IMG/VR virus record: IMGVR_UViG_2711768040_000017
DNA from: a virus
Taxonomy: Duplodnaviria; Heunggongvirae; Uroviricota; Caudoviricetes
DNA length: 19,081 bases
Reading direction: 5' to 3' (one strand)
The notes under the pieces: model-generated
What the model was told of the DNA's origin: nothing
Databases searched by the model: none
Seen by the model: only the letters and a program-made list of their open reading frames with translations
Shown here: positions 9,502-17,226 of the stretch, in pieces
How the letters are laid out: each line of letters begins with the position of its first letter
How positions within the stretch are numbered: position 1 is the first letter of the stretch
Translations under genes and position numbers: made by a program

Positions 9502-10567
9502 TCCTTAATCTGGCATCAACCACATTAATATTGATCGCCACAGGCTGGGGATGTTCATTATCCTCCACCGTTTCGATCTCTTTGCGCAGCTTCTGGTTCT
9601 CTATTCTGCGCCGTTCAATTTCCAGTTCCTGTAGCCGCTTATCTGCACATAATGCCCCGCCAGCAGAAAGCAAACGCAACAATTCACGCCGGGCGGCAGC
9701 CTTATCCTCCAGCAGGATCTCAACACCGTATTTTCCGAGCTTTGACCCTGCATATAATTGCCGCGCATCCCCATCAAGCAGTGTGGTATCAGCCATATAA
9801 AGCTGTCCTGTTCCCTCACCGCAGCACTTCGGGCAATCAGGATTGGGTATGGCGTTATCAACAAAGCCGAGGCCTCCATATTCCGGCTCGGGTTTACCAT
9901 CTCTGGAGGCCTGTGCCGCAGCCTTATCGAATTCTGCAATATCACGCCACTGGTAGAGATGATTCTCGCCCCAGCAATAACGGCAGTTAACACGGCGAAA
10001 TTGTGCCAACTGATTGGGGTCGGCCTGGACAATGGCCATCAACTGGCTCACCAGTAAATCCAGGTCTGCGGTATAGCGTTTCTGGTACTGATTGCGGAAG
10101 TAGCTGATAGCACGATAAACCCTGGCATTTCTAAGCATACGGCTGGCGTTGCTGTTAGCTGTCGCACCTTGCCCCTCATAACCAGCCAGTCGGTATGCCT
10201 CTGTCGGCTTTTTCCCCTGAGCAACCAACATGGCGAATTTTGCCTGCTGGTCAGAAATACCGAATTCATCGGGGCAGAACGAAATTTCTTCCGTGTCCCC
10301 CTCAATCAGGAGTGCATCGGATACAGCCTTTTTTTTCTGAGATTTTCCGTTCTGCCTTTGCGCAGTCTGCGCAGTTTTTTTTCGCGCACTTTTTTGCGCA
10401 GTTTTGCGCATTTCTTTCTGCGCATTTTTCGGAGTTTTTTTGATGTAACGACGGGCTGTTGCGTAGTTCAGTCCCCTTGCTTCACACCATGCCACCGGAG
10501 ATATACCGGAGCGGGTGTATTCAGCAATATACTCCTGCTGCAACGCCCCCCAGTCCGGTCTGCTCAT
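9473..10567 (-). CDS. Putative terminase small subunit / DNA-packaging DNA-binding protein (364 aa)
   Basis: N-terminal HTH-like segment (..ISPVAWCEARGLNYATARRYIKK..), Lys/Arg-rich low-complexity linker, Cys cluster (CRYCWGENH .. CPKCCGEG), coiled-coil C-terminus; immediately precedes and overlaps the terminase large subunit gene. Confidence 0.45.
   Translation of the reverse strand: MSRPDWGALQQEYIAEYTRSGISPVAWCEARGLNYATARRYIKKTPKNAQKEMRKTAQKSARKKTAQTAQRQNGKSQKKKAVSDALLIEGDTEEISFCPDEFGISDQQAKFAMLVAQGKKPTEAYRLAGYEGQGATANSNASRMLRNARVYRAISYFRNQYQKRYTADLDLLVSQLMAIVQADPNQLAQFRRVNCRYCWGENHLYQWRDIAEFDKAAAQASRDGKPEPEYGGLGFVDNAIPNPDCPKCCGEGTGQLYMADTTLLDGDARQLYAGSKLGKYGVEILLEDKAAARRELLRLLSAGGALCADKRLQELEIERRRIENQKLRKEIETVEDNEHPQPVAININVVDARLRSDEDDLSDA
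10355..10430 (-). repeat. Cluster of six T(T/C)(T/C)GCGCA repeats within the terminase small subunit gene
   Basis: Plus strand carries tttgcgcag, tctgcgcag, ttcgcgcac, tttgcgcag, tttgcgcat, tctgcgcat within ~70 bp flanked by T-runs; it encodes the basic KTAQK/SARKK/TAQTAQRQ linker. Confidence 0.5.
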
Positions 10568-10570
10568 CAG

Positions 10571-10822
10571 TTAGTCCTGATTTTTATCCACCCTGAGTAG
10601 TTCGCGCAGAGCAAAGGCATCCCCTTTTCTGGCAAGCTTAAACAATGCCGCTCGTAACTCGGCTTCACCTTTCGCTCTGCCCTTACGGATGGCCGCATAA
10701 AAATCTGTCATTGCTTCCCGATTTTCTTTCAGTCGGTTCAGATCAACATCCAGAACGTCAGCGATTTGTTGTGCAGTCATCCGGCACGCTGCCAGAGACT
10801 CGACTTTCGAATACGGAATCAT
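10571..10822 (-). CDS. Small hypothetical protein (83 aa) with an HTH-like segment
   Basis: GGGGGTGA Shine-Dalgarno 4 nt before the ATG at 10822; MTAQQIADVLDVDLNRL resembles a helix-turn-helix. Overlaps the upstream gene end by 65 nt. Confidence 0.3.
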   Translation of the reverse strand: MIPYSKVESLAACRMTAQQIADVLDVDLNRLKENREAMTDFYAAIRKGRAKGEAELRAALFKLARKGDAFALRELLRVDKNQD

Positions 10823-11714
10823 TTGTCACCCCCATTGATATGCAGGGTGTCTTCTTCCTGTATTTTTCGTGAAGGATTTTTACTGCAGCGTTGTTCCAGG
10901 TGACCTGATGGTGAATGCGTTTATGGCTGGCACCCATCAGTGAGATTTTTACGCACGACGGCGAATACATGACGGAGTAAAAACTTTTAACGTAGGTTCC
11001 GGAATCCAGATACAGCTCGGTCATTCCGCCGCTGTTTTTCTGCGTCTGTTTCTGCCCTAACTGGACAGCACCGATCGTCATAAACAATTCACCACAGCGA
11101 CCGAGATTCGTGTACGTATTCACATCCTCGTTAATGCGCCCCATGAATGAGAACGGTCGATCAACCGAACAGATAAAGCTGTTCATTGCCTTGCGTTTCA
11201 CCCACGAAGCATGGCCGCCATTGTCACCAAGAAAATCCCCGCCCTGCGACATAGCGATGGAAAGCGCGGGTATTGATTCGTAATACGCCAGCATTTCAGA
11301 AAGGATCGCATCCAGTTTCCTTATCGGGAAATAGGCCTGGTCATAGTTGCGATCCACCCGAAACTGGAACTCGTGATAATCATCATCGAGCTGAATGAAG
11401 TATTTACACCCGACCAGTTTTGCCAGGTCGAAACAGGCATTACGGGCGTAAAAAATTGAGCGGCGATCACCAAAATTATCGGCTTCGTCAAAACGACTGG
11501 CAATATCGGCTTTGGAAAATACCAGCACCTGTTCACCAAATTCAGCCATGTACTGATGCCGTGTCTTATCTTCATCATCAACAACGATAAAAATTTTCCC
11601 GGTATAGCCAGCACGACGCAACGTCCGGTAAGTCAGAACTTTGTCCGGTCGCCCGTGAGTCAGAATAAAGGCGCAAAAATCATCACGCATATTCCTCCTC
11701 CTCCTCCCCGCCAT
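10758..11714 (-). CDS. Hypothetical protein (318 aa) with DXD-type acidic motifs; possible nucleotide-sugar transferase-like fold
   Basis: Hydrophobic strand then Gly (CAFILTHGRPDK), then IFIVVDDEDK and YFIQLDDDYHEF; translationally overlaps the ParB-like gene upstream. Assignment is by motif only. Confidence 0.3.
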   Translation of the reverse strand: MAGRRRRNMRDDFCAFILTHGRPDKVLTYRTLRRAGYTGKIFIVVDDEDKTRHQYMAEFGEQVLVFSKADIASRFDEADNFGDRRSIFYARNACFDLAKLVGCKYFIQLDDDYHEFQFRVDRNYDQAYFPIRKLDAILSEMLAYYESIPALSIAMSQGGDFLGDNGGHASWVKRKAMNSFICSVDRPFSFMGRINEDVNTYTNLGRCGELFMTIGAVQLGQKQTQKNSGGMTELYLDSGTYVKSFYSVMYSPSCVKISLMGASHKRIHHQVTWNNAAVKILHEKYRKKTPCISMGVTNDSVFESRVSGSVPDDCTTNR

Positions 11715-12477
11715 GCATGATCTCCACCATGCGCTGCGTCATTCGGACAAATCCATTTTCAATAGCCTGCTGATAATCAATGATCACCAGCGCCGACTCC
11801 TCGAAAAGGCACTGAATTTCAGCGGGGGCATGAGCGTAATAGTCCGCAATTCTGCTGAAATTAAACACTGTGTGACGTTCTGCCGCACACAGGAGGAATT
11901 TCTCAATATCAGGATCAAGGGACGCCGAACGTATCCGGCTGATCAGCTCCTGAGTTTTCGTATCGTCGTACAGTTCACTGATATCCGGTTTACCGCCCGA
12001 CGGCTCATAAACAGGCGTATCAATTTTCGTCGTATACGGCTCCTCCTCATTTCCTGTACCGGGCAAAACATCCGTCAACAGTTCATCAATTTCTGTCGGG
12101 ATGAAGCCTGTCAGGGAGACATCAAAATCAGCATTGATTAGGTCCGACAGCTCCATCCGCAACAGATCTTCATCCCAGCCAGCATTCATCGGCAGGCGAT
12201 TATCTGCCAGGCGGTACGCCTTTTTCTGCTCATCCGTCAGGCCAGACAGAACAATGACCGGAACAGAATCCATTTTGAGCATTTCAGCCGCCATAACACG
12301 ACCGTGACCCGCAATAATTTCGCCCTTTTCGTCAATCAGCACCGGATTAGTCCAGCCGAATTGCTTAATACTTTCTACCAGTTGTGCCACCTGCTCAGGG
12401 CTGTGCGTCCTGGCGTTGTGCGCATACGGTGACAATTCTTGTAATGGGCGATAGACTATCTTTAATTTCTCGCTCAT
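11683..12477 (-). CDS. ParB-like nuclease domain protein (264 aa)
   Basis: N-terminal ParB/sulfiredoxin-type motif ..NPVLIDEKGEIIAGHGRVMAA.. and acidic C-terminus (GGEEEEEYA). Confidence 0.7.
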   Translation of the reverse strand: MSEKLKIVYRPLQELSPYAHNARTHSPEQVAQLVESIKQFGWTNPVLIDEKGEIIAGHGRVMAAEMLKMDSVPVIVLSGLTDEQKKAYRLADNRLPMNAGWDEDLLRMELSDLINADFDVSLTGFIPTEIDELLTDVLPGTGNEEEPYTTKIDTPVYEPSGGKPDISELYDDTKTQELISRIRSASLDPDIEKFLLCAAERHTVFNFSRIADYYAHAPAEIQCLFEESALVIIDYQQAIENGFVRMTQRMVEIMHGGEEEEEYA

Positions 12478-12504
12478 ACAGCCTTGCTTTATGAATAAAA
12501 CGCA

Positions 12505-12528
12505 CCCCAGCAGCCAGTGCTACTGGGG
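12505..12528 (-). terminator. Possible terminator hairpin downstream of trkG
   Basis: ccccag / ctgggg inverted repeat followed on the minus strand by tgcgttttatt; large loop, so weak. Confidence 0.25.
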
Positions 12529-12614
12529 ACGGAGGGGTTGCTGGTAAAGTTAGGTATTGGATCAATGAGTGAGTCAACATAATATTAAACTCACAATTAT
12601 AAATCAGCCATATA

Positions 12615-14090
12615 TTAGGAGCGCCAAAAAAAACCTGAAAACAATATAATAACAGGATAAATTTCAAGGCGACCAAGAATCATAGCTATGCACATTAAAC
12701 ATTTTGCAATGTCATTAAGCACTCCGAATGACGATGCAGTAGCCCCAAAACCTAATCCCATATTATTAATACATGCAGCCACTGTTGCAAATGATGTAAG
12801 AAAATCATATCCCATACCATTTAACACCAGTATAAAAAACACCGTGAAGAGAGTATAAAGAAAAAAGAAACTCCATACAGACCTCATTACACGATCTGTA
12901 ACTATCTTCCCTCCTACATTTACACTCAACAACGCTCTGGGATGAGAAAGCTGATTTATCTCGTGTTTGCTTTGTTTGAAAAGTATAAGAAATCGAAGTG
13001 ACTTAATTCCACCACAAGTTGAACCTATACATCCCCCAAAGAAACTTGACAACAGCAAAAACACTATCGTGTGCGTGGGCCAACTTGCATAATCCTGCGT
13101 AGCTAAACCATTATCAGTGAGCATGGAGCTGGCAAGAAAAAACGAATGAATAAAACTTCCATGCAAGTCATACATACCTATATGCCAGACCTGGAAAGAG
13201 GTAACAATGATCACCCCTAAGGCTATTAACAGAAAGAAACGAAGTTCAATATCTCTGATTAAAGGTTTTATCGTTTTCCTGCTAATAACAATATACCAAA
13301 GAGTGAAGTTGAAAGCCGATAGCAGGGAAAAAGAACCAGCCACCAGCTCAACCAAATAGTTATTAAAATATCCGATACTCTCGCTATGAGTTGAGAAACC
13401 ACCAAGCGAAACTGTGGAAATCCCGTGACAAATAGCATCAAACAAAGGCATTCCTGCAAGTCTATAACAGACAATACAAGCAATACCTAATAAAGAATAA
13501 GTTATCCACAGTGTCCGTGACGTATCGGCCAGGCGGGGAGTGAGTTTGTCATCCTTAAATGGCCCCGGCATTTCTGACTGATAAAGCTTTGCACCACCAA
13601 TACCCAATAATGGCAATACAGCAACCGCCAGAACAATAACTCCTAAACCACCTATAAAATTTAACTGTGACCGATAGTACAAATATGCCCGAGGTAATGA
13701 ACTAACATCATCAATTACAGTTGCTCCTGTTGTTGTTATTCCAGAAACCCCTTCAAACAGAGCATCAATGAACGTTAAATTAAGTTCTGAGTCAATCCAT
13801 AAAGGGAATGCACTAATAACAGAAAACAAAATCCAAAACATTACAATTATAATAAACCCATCACGGGTACGTAATTGAATGCCAGATTTCTTAGTTGTAT
13901 ACCACGCTCCGCCACCAATGCAAAAAAATATAACGAAAGTTATAAAGAAAACGAACAGGCTTTTTTCTTTATAAAACAATGCTACAACCATTGGTGGCAA
14001 CATTGAAAGACTATAGAGCCAAACCAGGAACCCACACATATGAGTAACAACTCTTACATGAGATGTATTCATATCTAAATATTCTTTCAA
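12615..14090 (-). CDS. trkG: Potassium uptake protein TrkG (Trk-system membrane subunit); true start probably the internal MNTSHVRV at 14072
   Basis: Polytopic membrane protein with repeated pore-loop glycine motifs; translation matches E. coli TrkG as recalled (MNTSHVRVVTHMCGFLVWLYSL..). Markedly AT-rich relative to flanking phage genes. Confidence 0.85.
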   Translation of the reverse strand: MKEYLDMNTSHVRVVTHMCGFLVWLYSLSMLPPMVVALFYKEKSLFVFFITFVIFFCIGGGAWYTTKKSGIQLRTRDGFIIIVMFWILFSVISAFPLWIDSELNLTFIDALFEGVSGITTTGATVIDDVSSLPRAYLYYRSQLNFIGGLGVIVLAVAVLPLLGIGGAKLYQSEMPGPFKDDKLTPRLADTSRTLWITYSLLGIACIVCYRLAGMPLFDAICHGISTVSLGGFSTHSESIGYFNNYLVELVAGSFSLLSAFNFTLWYIVISRKTIKPLIRDIELRFFLLIALGVIIVTSFQVWHIGMYDLHGSFIHSFFLASSMLTDNGLATQDYASWPTHTIVFLLLSSFFGGCIGSTCGGIKSLRFLILFKQSKHEINQLSHPRALLSVNVGGKIVTDRVMRSVWSFFFLYTLFTVFFILVLNGMGYDFLTSFATVAACINNMGLGFGATASSFGVLNDIAKCLMCIAMILGRLEIYPVIILFSGFFWRS

Positions 14091-14209
14091 TTATAACCAC
14101 CTTGCTGCAATATTATGATTATACTGTATAAAATTTAACTCCTCTTAGATCTTACTTCACTGTTCCTTATGAAACAATCATCAAAATGAATCATATTGTA
14201 GTTAAGATT

Positions 14210-14674
14210 TTACTTTAAACACTGCTCGGTTATGTATTGCTGAGCACCTTCAAGTTGGGCCTGCATCATTACCAGTCGTTCCCGGAGGGTGAAATAATCC
14301 CGTTCAGCGGTGTCTGCCAGTCGGGGGGAGGCTGCATTATCCACGCCGGAGGCGGTGGTGGCTTCACGCACTGACTGACAGACTGCTTTGATGTGCAACC
14401 GACGACGACCAGCGGCAACATCATCACGCAGAACATCATTTTCAGCTTTCGCATCAGCTAACTCCTTCGTGTATTTTGCATCGAGCGCAGCAACATCACG
14501 CTGACGCATCTGCATGTCAGTAATTGCCGCGTTCGCCAGCTTCAGTTCTCTGGCATTTTTGTCGCGCTGTTCTTTGTAGGCGATGGCGTTATCACGGTAA
14601 TGATTAACACCCCATGACAGGCAGACGACGATGCAGATAACCAGAGCGGAGATAATCGCGGTTACTCTGTTCAT
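14210..14674 (-). CDS. Rz: Spanin inner-membrane subunit Rz (i-spanin)
   Basis: Near-identical to lambda Rz as recalled (..[74 protein letters not shown]..). ATG at 14672-14674 overlaps the R stop in an ATGA arrangement. Confidence 0.9.
   Translation of the reverse strand: MNRVTAIISALVICIVVCLSWGVNHYRDNAIAYKEQRDKNARELKLANAAITDMQMRQRDVAALDAKYTKELADAKAENDVLRDDVAAGRRRLHIKAVCQSVREATTASGVDNAASPRLADTAERDYFTLRERLVMMQAQLEGAQQYITEQCLK
14269..14454 (-). CDS. Rz1: Spanin outer-membrane lipoprotein subunit Rz1 (o-spanin), embedded in Rz in the +1 frame
   Basis: [18 protein letters not shown] lipobox then Pro-rich [27 protein letters not shown], matching lambda Rz1 as recalled. Confidence 0.85.
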   Translation of the reverse strand: MRKLKMMFCVMMLPLVVVGCTSKQSVSQCVKPPPPPAWIMQPPPDWQTPLNGIISPSGNDW

Positions 14675-15168
14675 TGCTGACCCCACAAACAGATTTCACG
14701 CTCAATCTCACGACGAGTCATGAGACCTTTCCATTGCTTACCGCCAGCATATGTCCAGCGACGTAGCTGATCACATGCGCCTTTGATATCGCCCTGGTTT
14801 ATTTTGCGAAGAAGCGTCGATGTTCTGAAATTGCCAGCACCCACGTTGTAAACGAATGAGTAAAGAGCGCCGCGCGTTGTTTCCGGTATATCGACTTTGA
14901 TGTACGGGTTAATTTGTCTGGCGACCGTGGCAAGGTCTTTATTCAAGAGTGTTTTGCATTCTGCTTTGGTATACGTTTTACCGAGCATGATGTCTTTTCC
15001 TGTATGCCCGTGACATACAGTCCATACACCAACAATATCTTTGTATGGTATGTAGCTGACACCTTCCAGACCATCGTTACCACTTGGGCCAGTGATTAAC
15101 ACTGATGCTATAGCAATTGCTCCGCCACCAATAGCAGCAGCAACGACTTTTCGTAATGATGGAGGCAT
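14671..15168 (-). CDS. R: SAR endolysin (phage-21 R-type lysozyme), 165 aa
   Basis: N-terminal signal-anchor-release segment [23 protein letters not shown] followed by a T4-lysozyme-like domain (..EG..Y.D..G..T.G.GHT..); start ATG overlaps the holin stop (TAATG). Confidence 0.9.
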   Translation of the reverse strand: MPPSLRKVVAAAIGGGAIAIASVLITGPSGNDGLEGVSYIPYKDIVGVWTVCHGHTGKDIMLGKTYTKAECKTLLNKDLATVARQINPYIKVDIPETTRGALYSFVYNVGAGNFRTSTLLRKINQGDIKGACDQLRRWTYAGGKQWKGLMTRREIEREICLWGQQ

Positions 15169-15383
15169 TATTCACCTCTCGCAGCCTTGCGCTTATCTTC
15201 TTTAATCTTGAAATAAAGGTTTGTCAGGTACGTCAGCAGGCCAAATACCAGACTACCCAGCACACCGATTGCAGCCCACTGTGACGGAGTTACTCTATCG
15301 AGCAACTGTAAAAACCAGTAGCCAGCACTGCCTGCGGAGGTGCCGTAGGCAATGCCTGTTGAAATTTTGTCCATGGATTTCAT
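15168..15383 (-). CDS. S: Pinholin / antiholin with dual-start motif (phage-21 S-type), 71 aa from MKSMDK; holin from the internal MDK
   Basis: [58 protein letters not shown] matches S21 as recalled; GGAGG Shine-Dalgarno 6 nt before the ATG at 15381-15383. The track's longer N-terminal extension starts at GTG and is unlikely. Confidence 0.85.
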   Translation of the reverse strand: MKSMDKISTGIAYGTSAGSAGYWFLQLLDRVTPSQWAAIGVLGSLVFGLLTYLTNLYFKIKEDKRKAARGE

Positions 15384-15483
15384 AGCCTCACCTCCGCACG
15401 GAACGGATGGCATAGTTATTATGTGTAGGCTTTCAGACACATCAATCAGAGCCTTAATTGATATATATGCTGGAGACGATGCA

Positions 15484-15509
15484 ATATAAAAAGCTCGCCG
15501 TAGCGAGCT
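15484..15509 (-). terminator. Intrinsic terminator between the downstream lipoprotein gene and the holin gene
   Basis: Minus strand reads agctcgc-tacg-gcgagct followed by ttttatatt: 7-bp GC-rich stem, 4-nt loop, U-tract. Confidence 0.5.
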
Positions 15510-15634
15510 AATAAAATGTATTTCTCTGATATTATGTTTATTTGTATTAGCTCAGACTTGACATCACAGGTTTCGTATATAGAACATCATCAAATCTGTC
15601 AGTTTGCTATGAATGAGATATAGTACTTGAAGAG

Positions 15635-16030
15635 CTAACCTCGCATGTCAAAGCCAGATTTCTGAAAATCTCTGTAGACTTCCGGATTGTTGAAGGCCGG
15701 AAATTTGGCTTTATGAGCTGCGGACTTTATCGCTTCGCAATAGGCTTTATCACCGTTACTGGTAGATATTTTTAACGCCGTGCCATCCTGAGAGAATTCC
15801 ATATGCAACCTGCATTTTTTCCCTTTCCAGTTATGCGGCTCATCAAGTTTGGCATTAATTGCAGCTCTGATTCCCCGCGCTTGCGCCCCCCATTCATCCT
15901 GATCATCCCAGCGTCCTGAACTGCAACTACCTGTAGCAGTAGTTTTGTGGCAATCTGAAGGGTGTAAAGGTGTGCATCCCGCAACAAAACCGACCCAAAA
16001 AGTCAACATAACGATTTTCTTTAATCCCAC
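15635..16030 (-). CDS. Lipoprotein (131 aa) with a diverged TolA C-terminal domain III-like domain; GTG start
   Basis: Signal peptide MGLKKIVMLTFWVGFVAGC (lipobox VAGC); GAGGAG Shine-Dalgarno 6 nt upstream. C-terminal pattern I.AAINAKL...W.GKKC.L...F..DG....S...GD.A.C.A...A...A.FP....PEVY..F parallels the paralog upstream and TolA-III. Confidence 0.55.
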   Translation of the reverse strand: MGLKKIVMLTFWVGFVAGCTPLHPSDCHKTTATGSCSSGRWDDQDEWGAQARGIRAAINAKLDEPHNWKGKKCRLHMEFSQDGTALKISTSNGDKAYCEAIKSAAHKAKFPAFNNPEVYRDFQKSGFDMRG

Positions 16031-16180
16031 TTCTTGCTCCTCAATCCATTAAAATCTCAGCAATAGTAGTTGTTACGTCCGCCACTGGCTCAGAGCTGAC
16101 TATCCGCTAAATTTAGCTCAGTGCCGTAGCTGTGTCAGAACAAACCTAAGCCGAAACCGTTTATTACAAAACAATAAATA

Positions 16181-16609
16181 TCAGGGTTTAAAATCCAGCA
16201 CCCCATTTTGAAATACTTTATATACTTCCGGCGAAGGGGGGGCAGGTATATCAGCATTCTTTATCGCATTCATCGCTTCACGACATAAATCGAGGTCTCC
16301 ACTTTCTCTTTTAACCTCCAGTAGAAGGCCATTCGGGGCCATATGCATTCTCAGTGTACACTCTTTTCCTGAATACTTACTCGCATCCCCGAACTGTTTT
16401 TCGATGGCGCTCTTGATTTGATGGGCATACAGACGGATATCCTCACTAACATCAGAAGTACGTTCAGATGAACTCACATACTGTGTCTCTATTGCTTTAT
16501 CGGAGTAATATGATGTACGGTCATGATAATTTGTCGATACAGCATCAGTGCACCCGATAATAATCCCACTAATAATCAACGTAAGAATTGATGCGCTACG
16601 AAAACCCAT
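16181..16609 (-). CDS. Lipoprotein (142 aa) with a TolA C-terminal domain III-like domain
   Basis: Signal peptide MGFRSASILTLIISGIIIGC (lipobox IIGC, Thr at +2). The C-terminal 85 aa (YAHQIKSAIEKQFGDASKYSGKECTLRMHMAPNGLLLEVKRESGDLDLCREAMNAIKNADIPAPPSPEVYKVFQNGVLDFKP) align almost residue for residue with the E. coli TolA C-terminus as recalled (YAGQIKSAIESKFYDASSYAGKTCTLRIKLAPDGMLLDIKPEGGDPALCQAALAAAKLAKIPKPPSQAVYEVFKNAPLDFKP). Confidence 0.7.
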   Translation of the reverse strand: MGFRSASILTLIISGIIIGCTDAVSTNYHDRTSYYSDKAIETQYVSSSERTSDVSEDIRLYAHQIKSAIEKQFGDASKYSGKECTLRMHMAPNGLLLEVKRESGDLDLCREAMNAIKNADIPAPPSPEVYKVFQNGVLDFKP

Positions 16610-16638
16610 TTTTCCTCACATATGTCATATAGTAAAGG

Positions 16639-16668
16639 ATTATATATACCGTTGTTTTGGACGCTCAA
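16639..16668 (-). promoter_or_regulatory. Putative sigma70 promoter for the upstream TolA-like lipoprotein gene
   Basis: On the minus strand TTGAGC (-35) - 18 bp - TATAAT (perfect -10), about 30 nt upstream of the GAGGA Shine-Dalgarno and ATG. Confidence 0.3.
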
Positions 16669-17196
16669 ACAGCGAATCAGATCAAATAAAACGCACATTT
16701 GTTAACATTTACACAAAGTCTGCGTGGGATATTCTGAAAGAATATCCATAATGTGGAGAGAATCTATTGAAGTGCATGGTGCCGGGTGCCTCCCGGTGAA
16801 CAAAATGTTCGTGATACCTGTCGGCGACAGAAAAGGTTAATGGTATCACCCCACCGCACAGGGGGATTCACCATGCAGGAGTTTTCTTAGCAAACTCACT
16901 GCGCGCCCGGCAACTCCCAACCACATAAAATGCGGAGTTTGTGGTATTTATGCATATAACTCGCAGGAATTATCTTAAAAAACTGATGTCGATCCGGATT
17001 AAAAAGAAGCAGGTCATCATCAGATGACTGGAAAAAAGGAAAAAAAAAATACTCATCATACAGTTTTGATTGCAGGGATGAGCCTGCTATGCACAATATG
17101 CAGAATATAAGCAAGATAAAAATATGCAGGCATATTATTTCGGATTTTGTTATTAACACAACCTTTTTAATAATCATTTGGCATACAATAAACCAG

Positions 17197-17226
17197 TCCA
17201 AAAAGAACCGCCTAAACAGGCGGTTG
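17197..17226 (-). terminator. Intrinsic-terminator-like hairpin (second terminator downstream of the Q gene)
   Basis: Minus strand reads aaccgcc-tgttta-ggcggtt followed by ctttttgg. Confidence 0.4.

Noticed and set aside
10355-10430. The GCGCA repeat cluster as a possible CRISPR array
   Set aside because: Repeat units are only ~9 bp, are directly adjacent or overlapping without spacers, and lie inside a coding sequence; not a CRISPR.
8578-10443. Multiple nested or antisense ORFs within the terminase genes (8578-8832, 8847-9071, 9163-9450, 9531-10057, 10048-10305, 10169-10600)
   Set aside because: Overlap the terminase large and small subunit coding regions; several derive from the low-complexity GCGCA-repeat segment and have no independent support.
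11321-12676. ORFs nested in or antisense to the ParB-like, DXD-protein and trkG genes (11321-11614, 11713-12141, 12101-12307, 12395-12676, 13268-13483)
   Set aside because: Overlap better-supported genes; no start signals or recognisable domains.
15384-15440. N-terminal extension of the holin ORF (GTG start at 15440)
   Set aside because: The internal ATG at 15383 has a GGAGG Shine-Dalgarno and yields the canonical 71-aa dual-start pinholin; the extension has no homology support.
15772-15987. 71-aa ORF nested in the downstream lipoprotein gene
   Set aside because: Alternative frame inside a gene supported by its signal peptide, lipobox and conserved C-terminal motifs.
16100-16140. tRNA-like fragment (TAGCTCAGTGCCGTAGCTG resembles a tRNA D-arm)
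   Set aside because: No T-arm (GGTTCGAATCC-like) motif, no acceptor-stem pairing and no cloverleaf could be built by eye; probably chance or a short relic. A tRNAscan run would settle it.
16548-16751. 67-aa plus-strand ORF overlapping the start of the upstream lipoprotein gene
   Set aside because: Antisense to the lipoprotein start and promoter region; AT-rich chance ORF.
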